A DNA stretch of 64,000 nucleotides from Lama glama (GCA_028534125.1 CM052817.1:35590001-35654000), one strand, 5' to 3'. Shown: positions 1 through 12,781, counted from the stretch's first letter. Made by a program: numbers and translations. The notes: generated from the sequence alone by a model not told the origin.

Positions 1-1593
1 TCAGTCTCCCCAGCTCGGTTTCTGGCATTGGGAAAAGAAGGAGACCCCAGGACATCTGGTTTTGAAGGCCAGGGGGATTTGGCTCTGGGAGTCTCATAGG
101 ACTAGGGTAAATGGAGATTCCATTCACTTGAGAAGCCTACACGGAAACTCATGTGCGCCAGGTCCTAGGGCAGAGGCAGTGATTTCACAGGAACCTGGGC
201 CAGACCTGCCTGCTGGATTTGGAGGGTCTCCTGGGGACATGGGGGATGGCTGCGGCTCACTCAGGGGACATAAACTGGTGGCAGACATTCCGGGAGTGTT
301 AATCTACATGAGTTTTCCTGGAAGCTGACAACTTGATTGGATCATTAGCACCAAGATCTAGTCCCACCCAACAGCCTGTAGAGAAGCCTCAGGCCAAACA
401 ATATACAGGGTGGGAACACAGCCACATCCATTATCAGACTTCTTAAGCCACAGAGGCCTCTAGACATGGCCCTACCCACCAGAGGTCCAGGACCATGCTT
501 CACCCAGCAGTGGGCAGGCACTGGCTCCTCCTGCCAGGAAACCTGGATAAGCCCCTAGTCCAGCCTCGTCCACCAGGGACAGATAGTAGAAATAAGAAAA
601 CAGTAATCCCACAGCCCATGGAAGGAATCCACAAACACAGAGAAAGACAATATGAGGCCACAAAGGACTATCTCCCAGGCCAAGGCACAAGATAAAATCC
701 TTGAAGAGGAAATAAGTGACGGGGAGATAGGTAATTTATCTGAGAAAGAGTTTAAAGTAGTGATGGCCAAGATGTTCAGAGAACTCAAGAGGAGTAGAGA
801 TGCACAGAGTGAAGTTTTTAGCAAACAGTTGGAAAATATAAAGAATACCCAAACAGAGTTGAAGAATAAAATCACTGAAATGAACAATACACTAGAAGGA
901 ACAAAGATAGACTAAATGAAGCAAAAGAACGGATCAGTGAGCTAGAAGACAGATTAGTGGAAATCACTACTTCAGAACAGAAAAAAGGATAAAAAGGAAT
1001 GAGGATAGTTTAAAAGAACTCTGGGACAACATGAAGTGCTCTAATCGCATTATAGGGGGTCCCAGAAAGAGAAGAGAGAGAGAAAGGACCTGAGAAAATT
1101 TTTGGAGAGATAATAACCGAAAACTTGCCCATCTTGGGAAAGGAAACAATCACCCGAGTCCTGGAAGTGCAGAGGGTACCACACAGAATCACCCCAAAGA
1201 GGAACACACCAAGGCAAATAGTCATCAAGTTGACAATTAAGGATAAGGAGAAAATATTAAAATTAGCAAGAGAAAAGCAGTGGATAGCATACAAGGGAAC
1301 TCCCATAAGGTTATTAGCTGATTTTTCAGCAGAAACTCTACAGACCAGAAGGGAGTGGCAAGATATATTTAAAATGATGCAAGGGGGAAACTTACAACCA
1401 AGAATACTTGTTCCAGCAAGGCTCTCCTTCAGACTTGATGGAGAAATCAAAAGCTTCACAGATAAAAGCTGAAAGATTTCAGCACCACCAAATCAGCTTT
1501 ACAACAAATGTTAAAGGAACTTCTCCAGTCATCAAACCATAAGAAAAGAGGACGAAAAGAAAAGAGAGAGAGAAAAAAAAGAGATCTACAAAA
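1..1593 (+). mobile_element. LINE-1 5'UTR and ORF1 (disrupted); 5' end lies outside the window
   Basis: ORFs 652-915 (EIGNLSEKEFKVVMAKMFREL, coiled coil) and 1125-1472 (QRVPHRITPKRNTPRQIVIKL, YKGTPIRLLADFSAETLQTRREWQDIFK, PARLSF) are L1 ORF1p pieces in different frames. Homology stops in the A-rich inter-ORF spacer. Confidence 0.92.
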
Positions 1594-2100
1594 GATTGCT
1601 TTGGCTGTTAGGGGTCTTTTGTGGTTCCTTATAAATTTTGGAATTGTTTGCTCTAGTTTTGTGAGGAAGGTTGTGAGTATTTTGATGGGGATTGTGTTGG
1701 ATCTGTGGACTGCTTTGGGTAGTGTGGCCATTTGAGTATTGATTCTTCCAATCCAAGAGTGCAAGAAATCTTTCCATTTCTTTGTATCACTTCAGTTTTC
1801 AGAGTATAGGTAACCTCTTTGGTTAAGTTTATTTCTAGGTATTTTGTTATTTTTGATATAATGGAAATGTCTCTGCCAGTTATAAAATTCTGGTTTTTGA
1901 AGTGAAAAAAAAGTGAATGAAGGGCCACAAATGGCAAAATATCATTTTTATGGGTGAGTTGTATTCCATTATATATATATAAAATGCTGCATCTCCATTA
2001 CCTATTCAACTATTGATGTACACTTAGGATGCTTCCATATCTGGGCAATTATAAACAATATTGCTGTTAATAGCAGGGTGTATGTATCTTTTTGAGTTAA
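1594..2100 (-). mobile_element. Antisense degraded L1 ORF2 / 3' fragments
   Basis: Minus-strand peptides KYLEINLTKEV and SWIGRIN..LPKAVHRSNTIPIKI..IPKFIRNHKRP..AKAI resemble L1 ORF2p; 1925-2100 resembles the ORF2 end. Confidence 0.8.
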
Positions 2101-2176
2101 TTCTTACTTTGTGGCTGGCTCTATTCCTTTGATAACTATGTAAGTTTAAAGTGCTAAAGCTCTAAACATTCTTAGA

Positions 2177-2346
2177 GGGGGAGGGTATAGCTCAAGTGGT
2201 AGAATGTGTGCTTAGCATGCAAAAGGTCTTGGGTTCAATCCCCAGTACCTCCTCCAAAACCAAATAAACCTAATTACCTCCCCCACCCCCACCAAAATAA
2301 AATAAATAATACAATAACAAATAAATAAAATGTATTTTAAAAAAAA
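2177..2346 (+). mobile_element. tRNA-derived SINE (camelid Vic-1-like)
   Basis: A box TAGCTCAAGTGG, B box GGTTCAATCC, body cctaattacctcccc, A-rich tail, TSD taaacattcttaga at 2163-2176 and 2347-2360. Confidence 0.9.
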
Positions 2347-2399
2347 TAAACATTCTTAGAAACAATGAACAGTACATACATGTAAATTTTAAAATATAT

Positions 2400-2938
2400 G
2401 TGCAGTAAAACAAAAAAGATTTATCAAGCCATGAAAGACACAGAAGAAACTTAAAAGACATATTACCAAATGAAAGAAGCCAGTCTGAAAAGTCTACAAA
2501 CTGTATGATTCCAACCAAATGACATTCTGGAAAAGGCACAGCTACAGAAACAATAAAAAGGTTATGGTTTCCAGGGATTTGGGGAGAGGGACAGAGGAAT
2601 GAATAGATGGAGCACAAGGGATTTTTTAGGGCAATGAAATTATTCTGTATGGTACTATAGTGGTGTGTACATGTCATTATGCAATTGTCAAAACCCATAG
2701 AATGTACATCAAGAGTGAACCCTAAGGTAAACTATGGACTTTGGTTGATAATAATGTGCCCGTGTTGGTTCATCGATTGTACCAAATATGCCACCCTGAT
2801 GAGGGATGCTGAAGGTAGGGGAGTATACATGTGTGGATGGGGAGGGCTATGTGGGAACTCTGTATTTTCTGCTCAATTCTGTTGTGAACCTGAAATTGCT
2901 CTAAAAGAATAAAGTCTACTAAAAATTAAAAAAAAAAA
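2400..2938 (+). mobile_element. Old L1M (L1MC-like) 3' end with AATAAA and poly(A)
   Basis: Motifs aagagtgaaccctaa.gtaaactatggactttgg and ctctgtattttctgctcaatt..tgtgaacct, then aataaa near 2908 and an A tail. Confidence 0.8.
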
Positions 2939-2951
2939 TCCCAGAGAAACT

Positions 2952-2974
2952 ACACACACACACACACACACACA
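2952..2974. repeat. (CA)n microsatellite
   Basis: Directly visible. Confidence 0.95.
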
Positions 2975-3124
2975 AAATACTAGATATTTGTTTTTAGAGT
3001 CTCTAAAGGTAGTGAGAAAAGATTTCATGTTTGAAAAGGAGAGGCAAAGGGAATTCTAAGACCGAGGAAGTTAAAACAAGCTCAGCTTTGCCACATTTAA
3101 GAGCCTGGGGCAAAGATGATAATG

Positions 3125-3450
3125 TTGCCGTGTCCAGACTCAGTCCAAACTCATTCTACTCGCCCCAGGACAGGCCAGTAAATCAGGAGATGAGGTGTTG
3201 GGGCAAGGAATAGCAAATTTATTCGGAAAGCTAGCAGACCAAGAGGATGGCAGACTAATGTCTTGGAGAACCATCCTGCTCAAGTCAGAATACAGGCTCC
3301 TTTTACACAAAAAAAACAAGGGAGAGGGTGTGGTTGATTGTTGCAATCTTCTTGCTGCAGGCATTCTTTGTTCTTGCAGCCATCCCCGTGGGCCAGGTCA
3401 TGGTGTCCCTGGAAACCTCCAACAAAACAAAGGTTATTCTCTACTACAAT
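3125..3450 (-). mobile_element. Probable ERV LTR remnant
   Basis: Resembles artiodactyl ERV1-type LTRs (gagatgaggtgttggggcaaggaatagc..ttattcggaaag); recognised from memory only. Confidence 0.45.
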
Positions 3451-6400
3451 AAGATGAGGCTGTGACAGCAGGCCCCAGATAGGCCTTGGATACTGGGTTA
3501 AGAATTTTCAAATTTATCCTAAAACCAAAGAACTGTTCACTCAGTAACCAGTAGTGTCAGCATGGCCATGTGAAGCTCTGCTGAGCACTGGCCCTATAGC
3601 TAAGAACGAAATAATAAAGCCCCTGCCCTAGTGAAGGCCCCACAATTTGTGGCATGTGCTAGAGGGAAGAAGATGGGGAAAGGAACTGAGGACTGAAGAG
3701 CCTTTAGTTCTACCCTGAGATGAAAGCTTTTGAGCAAGGAACGACTTGACCTTCACACATTATTTACAAAACTTCACTTAAGCTGCTACTCTTTTGATAA
3801 TCCATTTCCTCACATCAGCCAAAGTGACCTGCAAACAGAATCAGACCTGGTCATTCTCCTGCTCCTTCTTTAAACCCTCTATTATTTCTCCTTGCAGAGA
3901 TAAAATTCCAAACTCCAGAAACACTTAAAGAAGCCCCTAGACACTAAAGAAATTTCAGTAAAAATAATGTCAATCTGAAAAGAAAATGTGATTTTTCTTG
4001 AAACAGGTTTTTATTACAGTGATTACAGGGGCAAAAAAATTTCCTCTCCAGATTAAACCTGGGCCCAAAGGAATCTTAAAGTTCAATTTGAAGGGATATT
4101 TACAAACATTTACAAACCAATGTTCTTAGTTGATCTATTCTGTCAAACCCTTATCTCCATTAAAGACCTCCCTCTTGTAAATGGGAAATTTGTTTTCATT
4201 GTATTCCTGAGCAGTTTGTGAAACATCCTCTTCGTTTCTTCCACACTGACTTTTTCTAACCTTCTACCCTCCTAGAACCTTACTTTGAGGAGATTACCTC
4301 CAAGAAATTCAATTAGGTCTTTTTATATATAACCAGATTTGATAGGTTTTATATCTGAGCAAATTTTGCCAGAATCTTCCTAGGAGACACAACTGAGTAA
4401 AAGCGATAAATAAGTATTTCATTTTTACAACACAATGAAGACAATTTCAGAATGAAAATATTTATTTTTGTTTTTTGGAATGCTGTAAAATTTTTAATGG
4501 AATACTGGAAAGTTATTAAAAAGAATTATTAGACAACTCTGCATATAATAACAGGTTTAAGATATTTTTAAAAAGTTTCAGGAAAGAATGAAATAATTTT
4601 AGTTTAAAAATATATGTTTATATGTATATTGCATATAAAAAAGAAAAAATCTCACATATGCAACTATTGACACTATTCTTGAGTATGAGTAATATGTGAG
4701 ATTTTAGCTTTCATATTATACATTTCTCCAAATATTTGACATTTTCTACCAGTTTGTTTAGTTGCAAATAACAAAAAATTAGAGTCTAATATTTATAAAG
4801 TATATAGTACTTTAATATTTAAATCTGTATTTATAGAAACTAATAAAATAAAACTAAATTGTTGCATTATCATAAAATGATAGCCAATGATTAGATTAAA
4901 ACTTCTCTCTAGGTGTGAATGACCCATTTTATTTGGACTTCCATTTCAAGGTAACCTGCACTTGCTGACAAATTATAAGTGATTATTCTGGGGGAAAAAA
5001 AAGATTTTGCTGACATTTTGCAGCTTAAATTGAGAAGTCTACCTCCTTAATTATAATTTCCACTTCCTGCTTTAAAAAAAGAATGGCTTACCCAGTTCCT
5101 ACTCCTTATTAAGCCAGCCCAGTTTAGAGCTCACCAATAGTTGCTCTGCTCACCACCCATTCTGAGTAGGAAAAGACAGATGACACGTGACCGCAGGCCA
5201 AGTTAGTCTCAGGGAATATCAAATAGAAAGGTCAGCAACCGAGTATTCTAAAAGGTCACTGAGAACTGAATTTCCCTCCCTCCCTCACTGTATCGCTCCC
5301 CATATGTACAACTCTGTGGGAAGCTGGTTGAATGGATTTCCTGCAAGAAGTCACTGTCTCCCTTAGTAAGCCTATCTTGACCCAGGCTGGGTTAGGTGCT
5401 CCTTAAAAAGACTTTGTTGACTGCCCCATATTTATTCACTCATTCTAGCACTATAGAAATGCATTATAATATTTGCATCAAATTCTCCCTTCCCATTAAA
5501 TTATGAGCTTCTTTTTATCCCTTAAGCCTGTCAGGGACCAGTTATTTGCCCAGAAATATTTATTTGAATGCCCATTCTCTACCAGGCACTGTGCTAGGTG
5601 CTGCAATTACAAGGTGACTAAAACAGTAAAACTGACATGGAATTTGTAGTCTGCTAAGGGAAATCAGTTGTTAAATACATACACAAGTAACTACTTATTT
5701 AAAATAGTGTTTGGAGCCACAAAATCCAAGTACTAGGTGCTAACGAGCACCTATTGGCTTAGTAGGACTTAACAGTTCAGGTGAAGGCTTCCTGGAGGAT
5801 GTGACATTTAAGCAGATCCCTGAGGAATGAGAACAAGTTGCCCAAGCAGAGTGTGTCTGTGTTGGGACAGGGGTCAGTGCTGAGGCCCAGAAGGATCCTC
5901 CAGGTGGTTGGAACAGCACGTGGAGGTCTTCTGAGACAGGAAATGGCCAGTGTGGTCGCGCTGGTGGGAGGAGAGGTAGCAGCCCAGGTCAGGAAGCTCC
6001 TTACAGGACTTGTTAAGCAGCTCAAACATGGCTCTGAAAGAAATGTGAAGGCACTGAGGGGATTTTAGCAGAGGAACGATGTGATCAGGTGATCTTATTT
6101 ACATTTTTATAGTTGACTTTTTAAGGCTTCTGAATGAAGAATGGAATGTAACGAAGCAGGAATAGGTAAAGGGACATCAGCTAAGGCAAGAGGTACTAGT
6201 GGCTTAATGAATGTAGATAGACTGAGTGATGGAATTTTAGAACCAAAGTATAGGATATAAGGCCTGGAAAGTTCCCACAGATCCCTTCCAGGTTCCAGAT
6301 TTTATATCTCAGACAACAAGGAAACAAAGTCCCAGGGTGGCACCATGAATTATTCAATGCTACACAGCTTATTCATAGCAGAGCTGGAACTACAAATCAA

Positions 6401-8951
6401 GTGTGCGTTTTTCTCGTTCTGCCTTTTTTCATGGACCACCTCATATGCCTCAGCAAGTTTGTGAACTTTAAAAAAAAGCAGTGCTTTACTAAATTATTGT
6501 TATAAGAATTTAATTACACTATTGTCTCTACTTTGTATGTTTGAAAATGTTATAATAAGCAGTTTTATAAGAAGCAGTGCTTTAAAACTGTTGGGGCATA
6601 GGTACAAATTCAAGGCCTTGCGTGTAGCAATGGAAACCATTCCAGAGCTTCCCGAGGCTCCCATACTCACATGGCACCCTCTGGGTCCCAGCCTGGTAGA
6701 CTCAGCTGAATGGTATTTGGGCTGATTGCCAGCGTCAGAGATAATGCCAGATTGCCGGACACCATGGCATTTGCCTGGGGCAAGACACTTAATGTTTCTT
6801 TGAATCTTCTGTAAAATGGGAGTCCATAAGGTCAAATGACAAAAATAATGTGAGCTAACAATGAATCTGTGCTCTATTCAAAGGAAAACAATCTATGGAT
6901 TGGGGAATACAGTGCCTCACAAGCAGAAAATCACTCTTCCTGAGGGATTTTGGGCAAAAGTGAGTTTTTTTTACAGAGTTTAGAACAGGCAACAAGAAAA
7001 AGGGCATGACTGGCTGAGAGGTTGGGGGTTTTCTTTATAAGCCTAGCAGGTCCTGTTTTCCAGGGTAAGGTGAGCTAGCTAAAGCTGAGTTGGAAGATTG
7101 TGATTGGTGTGTGTTAGGATTCCTCAACAGTGAGGCATTTCCTGCACATGCAGGCTGGTTTAGGTTTAGATTTGTTACCTGGGCCGGGCTTCTGGGTGGT
7201 CTCCATTTTATGGGTCCCCATATGCCAATTATCTTTATCAATATTTCTTATGAAGGGGTTGTTGTGAGAACAAAATGAGACTGCGTTGGTCCTACATTCC
7301 CTGGTCACTGAACGTTATTTTTTCTTAACTCTTCCTTGAAATTGAGTAATCAATATTATTACAGCTGTCTGCAAAAACCACCAAGGGTGACCACATAGTT
7401 GTCTATTTATGATTTATACTACATGTTAAAAATAAACTTGAAGTTCTGGGTTTGTATTCTTTAAGTCAGGGATTATTATTCATTCAATAGATTCCAAATG
7501 TAGAAAGCAGAGATAACAGTTTATATTCACTAAAACAATTAAATGGAAGGTGGGTAAATGGGGAAGTAATCCTATTGACCTTCAGTTAAAGGAATTAGCT
7601 TTAGCTGTTAGTTTCACTTCCAAAGTGGCTGGTGTGGCAGACCTTCCTGAGGACAGTGATCAAGGAACTCTTCAAACAGCACCCTCTATTTTGTCTTCTT
7701 ACCCAGTTTTTCTGCATCATGTAGATTCCTTCGTGCCAGAAAACATTCAGTTAGTCATCTCCATATTTTCTCTCCTTTTAAAAATCATTTTTTCACCCTA
7801 ATCTTACATTAGTGAGGGAAGATTCAAAGGAGTAAGCCTGACACATTGTAAGTACCAAATAATTGTTGAGTGAATGAAGCAGTTCATAAGCAAATTTGAG
7901 CCATATCATTTAAATATAACATTATAAGCAGTGTGATACAGAAATGCATATTATAGAAAGTGAAAGTACTCTCCCGTAGGCCCATTCCACAAAATCATCC
8001 TGGTTAATATTTTGACCACTAGTGTTACTAAACACACTGGACTGAACCCTTTTATGTATCACTATGTCCTGTGGACGGTTATGTTGGGTCAAAAGCTTTC
8101 TCTGTGTGTGTGTTTATTTTGGCAGGGCCAACCCATTCTCCAAAATAGTTGTAACAATTTTCAGTCCCCCAAACATAGTGTTGTAAAATGGTCTATGATT
8201 ATTTTTTTTTACTTTAAAAATTCTTATTTTCTAAATTATAAAAGTACACATCCTTTTGAGAAGATTCAGAACAATTTGGGAGCACATAAAGTAGAAAATT
8301 AAAGTATTTCCCACCCTCCATCCAATTATTGAAATTATTTTACAACAAACGAGATGACAATATGGTCAAAATAGTAATCTTCCAAAATCAATTTTAGTTT
8401 TTTTTTTTTTTCCCCAGCATATGTAAACAATCTGTGTCACTCCTAAGAAATTCTGGGCGAGACCTGCCTAGGTCTCCTGGGCATCAGGTACTCTTGCTTT
8501 TCAAGGCCTTACCTCACATCCTACCAATCATCTTCACAGGCACTCATATATATATACGTGTATTAGATAAATTATACAAAAGAGTAGCAATTTAATATTT
8601 TTTCTCTTAAAAATACTTGACTATAGGTAACTAATTTATCAGCTATGATTTCTCAGTAATTGTTCTGCATACTCAGGATTTCTTGGGAAGTGAGAAAATT
8701 TAGCCTATAGATTAAAAAATATATATAAAGACATTAAATGTATGAATTAAGTTGACATAATGTGCTTATAGTCTTTTCATTAGACTTTTGTAAATTTATC
8801 TTATAATTCCTTTTTCAAAGCTTGGAGCATAAATCTTTGTGGGGATGGCTGATCAGGCTTAGAAATGATCATACCGGAACAGAAAGACGTGGTTTATACT
8901 TCCTACACAAAACTATTTAGTCCGGGAATTCATTCAGAAAAATACTGTTGA

Positions 8952-8988
8952 GGGGGTACAGCTCAGGGGTAGAGCATTTGACTGCAGA
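8952..8988 (+). pseudogene. Tailless 5'-half tRNA-Cys(GCA) retropseudogene
   Basis: GGGGGTACAGCTCAGGGGTAGAGCATTTGACTGCAGA matches the 5' half of mammalian tRNA-Cys-GCA through the anticodon. Flanked by direct repeats agaaaaatactg(t/c)tga, with no poly(A). Confidence 0.8.
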
Positions 8989-9002
8989 AAAATACTGCTG
9001 AG

Positions 9003-9304
9003 GCAGAGAGGGTATAGCTCAGTGATAGAGTGTGTGCTTAGCATGCAAGAGGCCCTGAGTTTAATCCCCAGAACCTCCATTAAATAAGCACATTTTGTGT
9101 GTGTGTGTTTTTTGAGGGGAGGGGTTGGTAATTAGATTTATTGATTTATTGATTTCTAATGGAGGTGCTGGGGATTGAACCAAAGATCTCGTGTGTGCTA
9201 ACCACGCACTCTATCACTGACGTATACATTCCTCCCTTAAATAAGTAAGTAAATAAATAAATCTAATTACCTACCCCTCCAAAAAAACTCAACAACAACA
9301 AAAA
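9003..9304 (+). mobile_element. tRNA-derived SINE interrupted by a nested antisense SINE
   Basis: Head at 9003-9080, body and tail resume at 9246-9304. Confidence 0.85.
9089..9236 (-). mobile_element. Nested antisense tRNA-derived SINE
   Basis: Reverse complement of the same family (ggggattgaacc..ctctatcactga); TSD ttaaataag at 9080-9088 and 9237-9245. Confidence 0.85.
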
Positions 9305-9317
9305 AGAAAAATACTGT

Positions 9318-9458
9318 GGGAGGAAGGTATAGCTCAGTGGTAAAGTGTATGCCCAGCATGCACGAGGTCCTGGGTTCAATCCCCAGTACCTCTATCAAAA
9401 GTAATAAATAGATGAATCGAATTACCTCCCACCTAAAAAAGAATTAAAAAAAAGAAAA
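9318..9458 (+). mobile_element. tRNA-derived SINE
   Basis: A and B boxes, attacctccc body, A tail; TSD agaaaaatactgtgg on both sides. Confidence 0.9.
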
Positions 9459-9695
9459 GAAAAATACTGTGGAGCTTAGTCTGGATGAGGAAATTTTTGC
9501 AAGATACTACTGCTTGTTTGGTGGCAGACAGTACCAGAGACGGAACAGGAAAGTGACTTGGCTTTTTACAGGCTCCCAGTCAGCCCACTGGCTGTGCCTA
9601 TTTCATAGTAAAGAGAGGACAAAGAAGCAGAGTTTTCTGTATGAAGATTTCTCTTCAGAAAAGTCAAAGCAATGAAGCAGTGTCACACCTAACAC

Positions 9696-10036
9696 CAGTG
9701 GGTCTCAACCAGAACAATTTGCTTGCTAGGTAGGGTTGCCAGAAGAGGCAAATAAAAATACTGAATACAGCATGCAAATACTGCATGCAACATACTTATC
9801 AAGAATTATTTGCTGTTTATCTGAAACTCAAATTTTACTAGGTTGCTATACAAGTCAACCATATCACTAGGAGACATCTGCAACGTCTGGAGTCACAGTT
9901 GGGAGGGACGGGGTGCTTCTAGTATCTAGAACGTAGAAACCAGGATGCTGCTAACATTCTGGAATACAAGAACAGTGCCCCCACAATGAAGAACTGTCCA
10001 GCCAAATATGTCAGTGCTGAGGTTGAGAAACTCTGA
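9696..10036. mobile_element. MER20-like hAT MITE with nested MER53-like piece (~9731-9860)
   Basis: Termini cagtgggtctcaacc and ggttgagaaactctg; internal tagggttgccaga..aaataaaaatac. Confidence 0.55.
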
Positions 10037-10504
10037 CCTAAGGTAACTGGCATAGTGCTGTTACTTAGTTTAAATACGATATTTAAGGCATTTGCTGGAT
10101 TGACCATGTGTGTTACAGGTTATCAAATAATTATACTCATTATAATAAAAAATTCAAATTTATTACTTGAAAAATTCAAAATTATTACTTGAAAGCAGAA
10201 GTCTCCTGTCATCTCACTTCCCAAATCATGTAAATAGTCTGAAATATTATTCCAGATATTTTTTCATACCAATATATACCCTTTAAAAAATTGAAAGCTG
10301 GCTCATACTATGTGATCTGTACTGAAACCTGCTTTTTAAAAATTGCACAATGTGCCTTAGATATCTTATTATATATAGTACTATTTTGTTACTTTTAGAA
10401 ACCAAATGTCTATGACTATATTCAAAACCAGTTCCTATTGATGGACATTTGGACTGTGTCCAGTTTTTTCCAATTGCAAATATTGCTGCAATTACCATCG
10501 ACAC

Positions 10505-10548
<44 letters not shown>
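10505..10548. repeat. (TATC)n microsatellite inside an old L1 fragment
   Basis: Directly visible. Confidence 0.95.
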
Positions 10549-11328
10549 GGATATATATGTATCTTTAAGGATTTTTGCAAATATTTCTGTAGAGTAAATT
10601 TGTAGAAGTGGAATTGCTGGGACAAAGGGTATGCACAATGAAGTCTTCAAGAATCTAGGCAAATTACCCTCCCAAGAGGTGATATCAATTTACACTGAAA
10701 CCTACAATGTATGAGACTGTTTAGAGATTTCTTAAGAAGATTATTAATTTATTTACTGTACAGTTTTCCTCTACTAGAACTGAAAAAAGCAATGGAACAC
10801 CAGCAAAAAAACATTTTCAAAAGTTCTCATTGTGGCCTCAGATCAGGTCCCTAATCTCCTATGCTCTTCTGCATCTGAAGGCACCTGGCCTTTGCCAGCT
10901 TTATTTCCTAGGCTTCTGGTAAGCCAGCAGCTGGCTGGGTTGGCTAATAGGAAGTACTGGCACGACACTGGAGCGGTCAGGAAGGAATTCAGGTATTTAT
11001 TTCTCCCCCTGTCCTGGGAAGCATCTTAGCAAGGACAGTGATGTCTCCTTCACTCTGGCTCCTCCATGGCTCCACGTTCTACTAAACAGGCCATGGTGAT
11101 TCCAACTTCTGTTGTGTGTCTCTTAACTCTTTGGATGCCCTTTTGGCTTCTAAATAATCCCATCACCTCTGCAAAGAATCCCTTGCCTCAGATTTCCTGT
11201 TTTAAATACTTAGAAATGGGTTCATTTTCTTGATAGGATCCTGAGACACTCTTTATGTCAATGTTCTAGCATTATTTTCTAAACATATTTTCTTCCACAT
11301 GCTCACATATTTTTACATTGTCATGGCC

Positions 11329-11523
11329 ATCTTCCTTCCTTTTTCTTTCTTTCTTTCTCTCTTTCTTTCTTTCTGTCTGTCTGTCTTTCTTTTCTTTCCT
11401 TCCTCCCTCCCTTCCTCCTTTTCTTTCCTTCCTCCCTTCCTCTCTCCCTTCCTCCCTCCCTTCCTTCCTCCCTTCCTTCCTCCCTTCATTCCTCCCTTTC
11501 TTCCTTCCTTCCTTCCTTCCTTC

Positions 11524-11582
<59 letters not shown>

Positions 11583-11585
11583 TCA
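11329..11585. repeat. Compound (TTTC)n/(TTCC)n polypyrimidine microsatellite
   Basis: About 255 bp almost pure pyrimidine tract abutting a truncated antisense SINE head. Confidence 0.95.
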
Positions 11586-11647
11586 TTCACCCAGGACCTT
11601 ATGCATACTAAGCATGAGCTCCACCACTGCGCTATTCCCTCCCCCCA
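11586..11647 (-). mobile_element. Truncated tRNA-derived SINE head
   Basis: cccaggaccttatgcatactaagcatgagctccaccactgcgctattccctcccc is the reverse complement of the SINE head. Confidence 0.8.
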
Positions 11648-12781
11648 CAATTGTAATTGGATTGTAATGCTCTGGTTTCATTTTTCAGAAAGACTTCATC
11701 ACTACTTATGTAAGACAGCACTGGAGAAAGCCAAGCCCATACTTAAAAGGGTGTCTGTTCTAGATGGATGCCAAGCACTTCATCTTCAGTCCTGATATGC
11801 TCCAACCCCAGCTGGTTGGCCAATCTGCTTTACTTGACTTTCTTGCATCCCTTCTCCTTCCTGCCTCTTCATCTTTCAGCAGAGGAGCAGCCTTCCTGCC
11901 TCCTGGGATGACATATTAGGGATTAAGGTAACTGATACCTAGACATTCAACTCTTTCCTTGTAAGTTGTACCCATGGGCTGCTTGGTTTCCTGAAATACA
12001 TACTCTACCTCTTCCTTGAAGCTTTACCTAGCTAGAAGCCTTTTCTCCTCCAAACTCTTAAAGCTCTTACTGTTTGTACTTTTACTGAAGTAGGGTAAAT
12101 TTTATTTCCCTAATTAGATTGCAAGCTGGTGAAATTTAAAACCTATGTTATACTTCTTTACTTGCCCTCCACTCTCTCACCACCTTTATGCCTTAAACAG
12201 AGAAGGTGTTTGATAAACACCTGTTGAATAAAACAGTTTTAAGGATAGGAAGTCACTTTTTAAATATAAATTGGTAGAGACTCTATCAGGAGGAAAACCA
12301 ACATTCTTAGAAATAACATTTTGTGAAGTGATTTTGAACATTCCAAAATAATGCAAATAACCAAAATACTGCCACAAAGAAAATGAAATGAATTTCTATT
12401 GTTTATAATTATATTTTTCAGGTTTCAAGTTTATTGAAATATAATTTGTATTTAGTGTAATTTGCCCTTTTAAGTGGTTCATGTCTATGAATTCTGAGAA
12501 ATTTACACAATTGTGTAGCTATCACAACAGCCAAGATATAGATCTTTCACATCAGCCCCAAAATTTCCTTGTGTCCTTTTATAGTCAATCCACTTCCCAC
12601 AACCACCAGCCCCTGGCAACTAATGGTCTCATTTGTACCTCTTAGCTTGTCTTTCCCAGAATGCTATATAATTGGAATCTTAAGGTAAGTGGCCGTGTAC
12701 CTGGCTTCTCTCACTTAGCATAATGCTTTTGAGATCCATCTATGTAGTTACATGTATCAGTAACTAGTTCCTTTTTAATAC

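Noticed and set aside
1540..1860. L1 inversion by twin priming
   Set aside because: The sense ORF1 and antisense ORF2 pieces meet tail to tail and no sense ORF2 3' portion follows, which does not fit twin-priming geometry.
2177..2255. tRNA-like heads here and at 9003, 9318, 15650, 23911 and 51925 as tRNA genes
   Set aside because: They continue into a shared non-tRNA body, A-rich tail and TSDs, so they are SINEs.
8936..9472. Repeat-spacer pattern resembling a CRISPR array
   Set aside because: The repeats are 12-16-bp target-site duplications, the spacers are SINEs of uneven length, and the genome is mammalian.
11272..11667. Lys/Glu/Arg-rich and Phe/Leu/Ser-rich ORFs
   Set aside because: They are translations of the TTTC/TTCC microsatellite.
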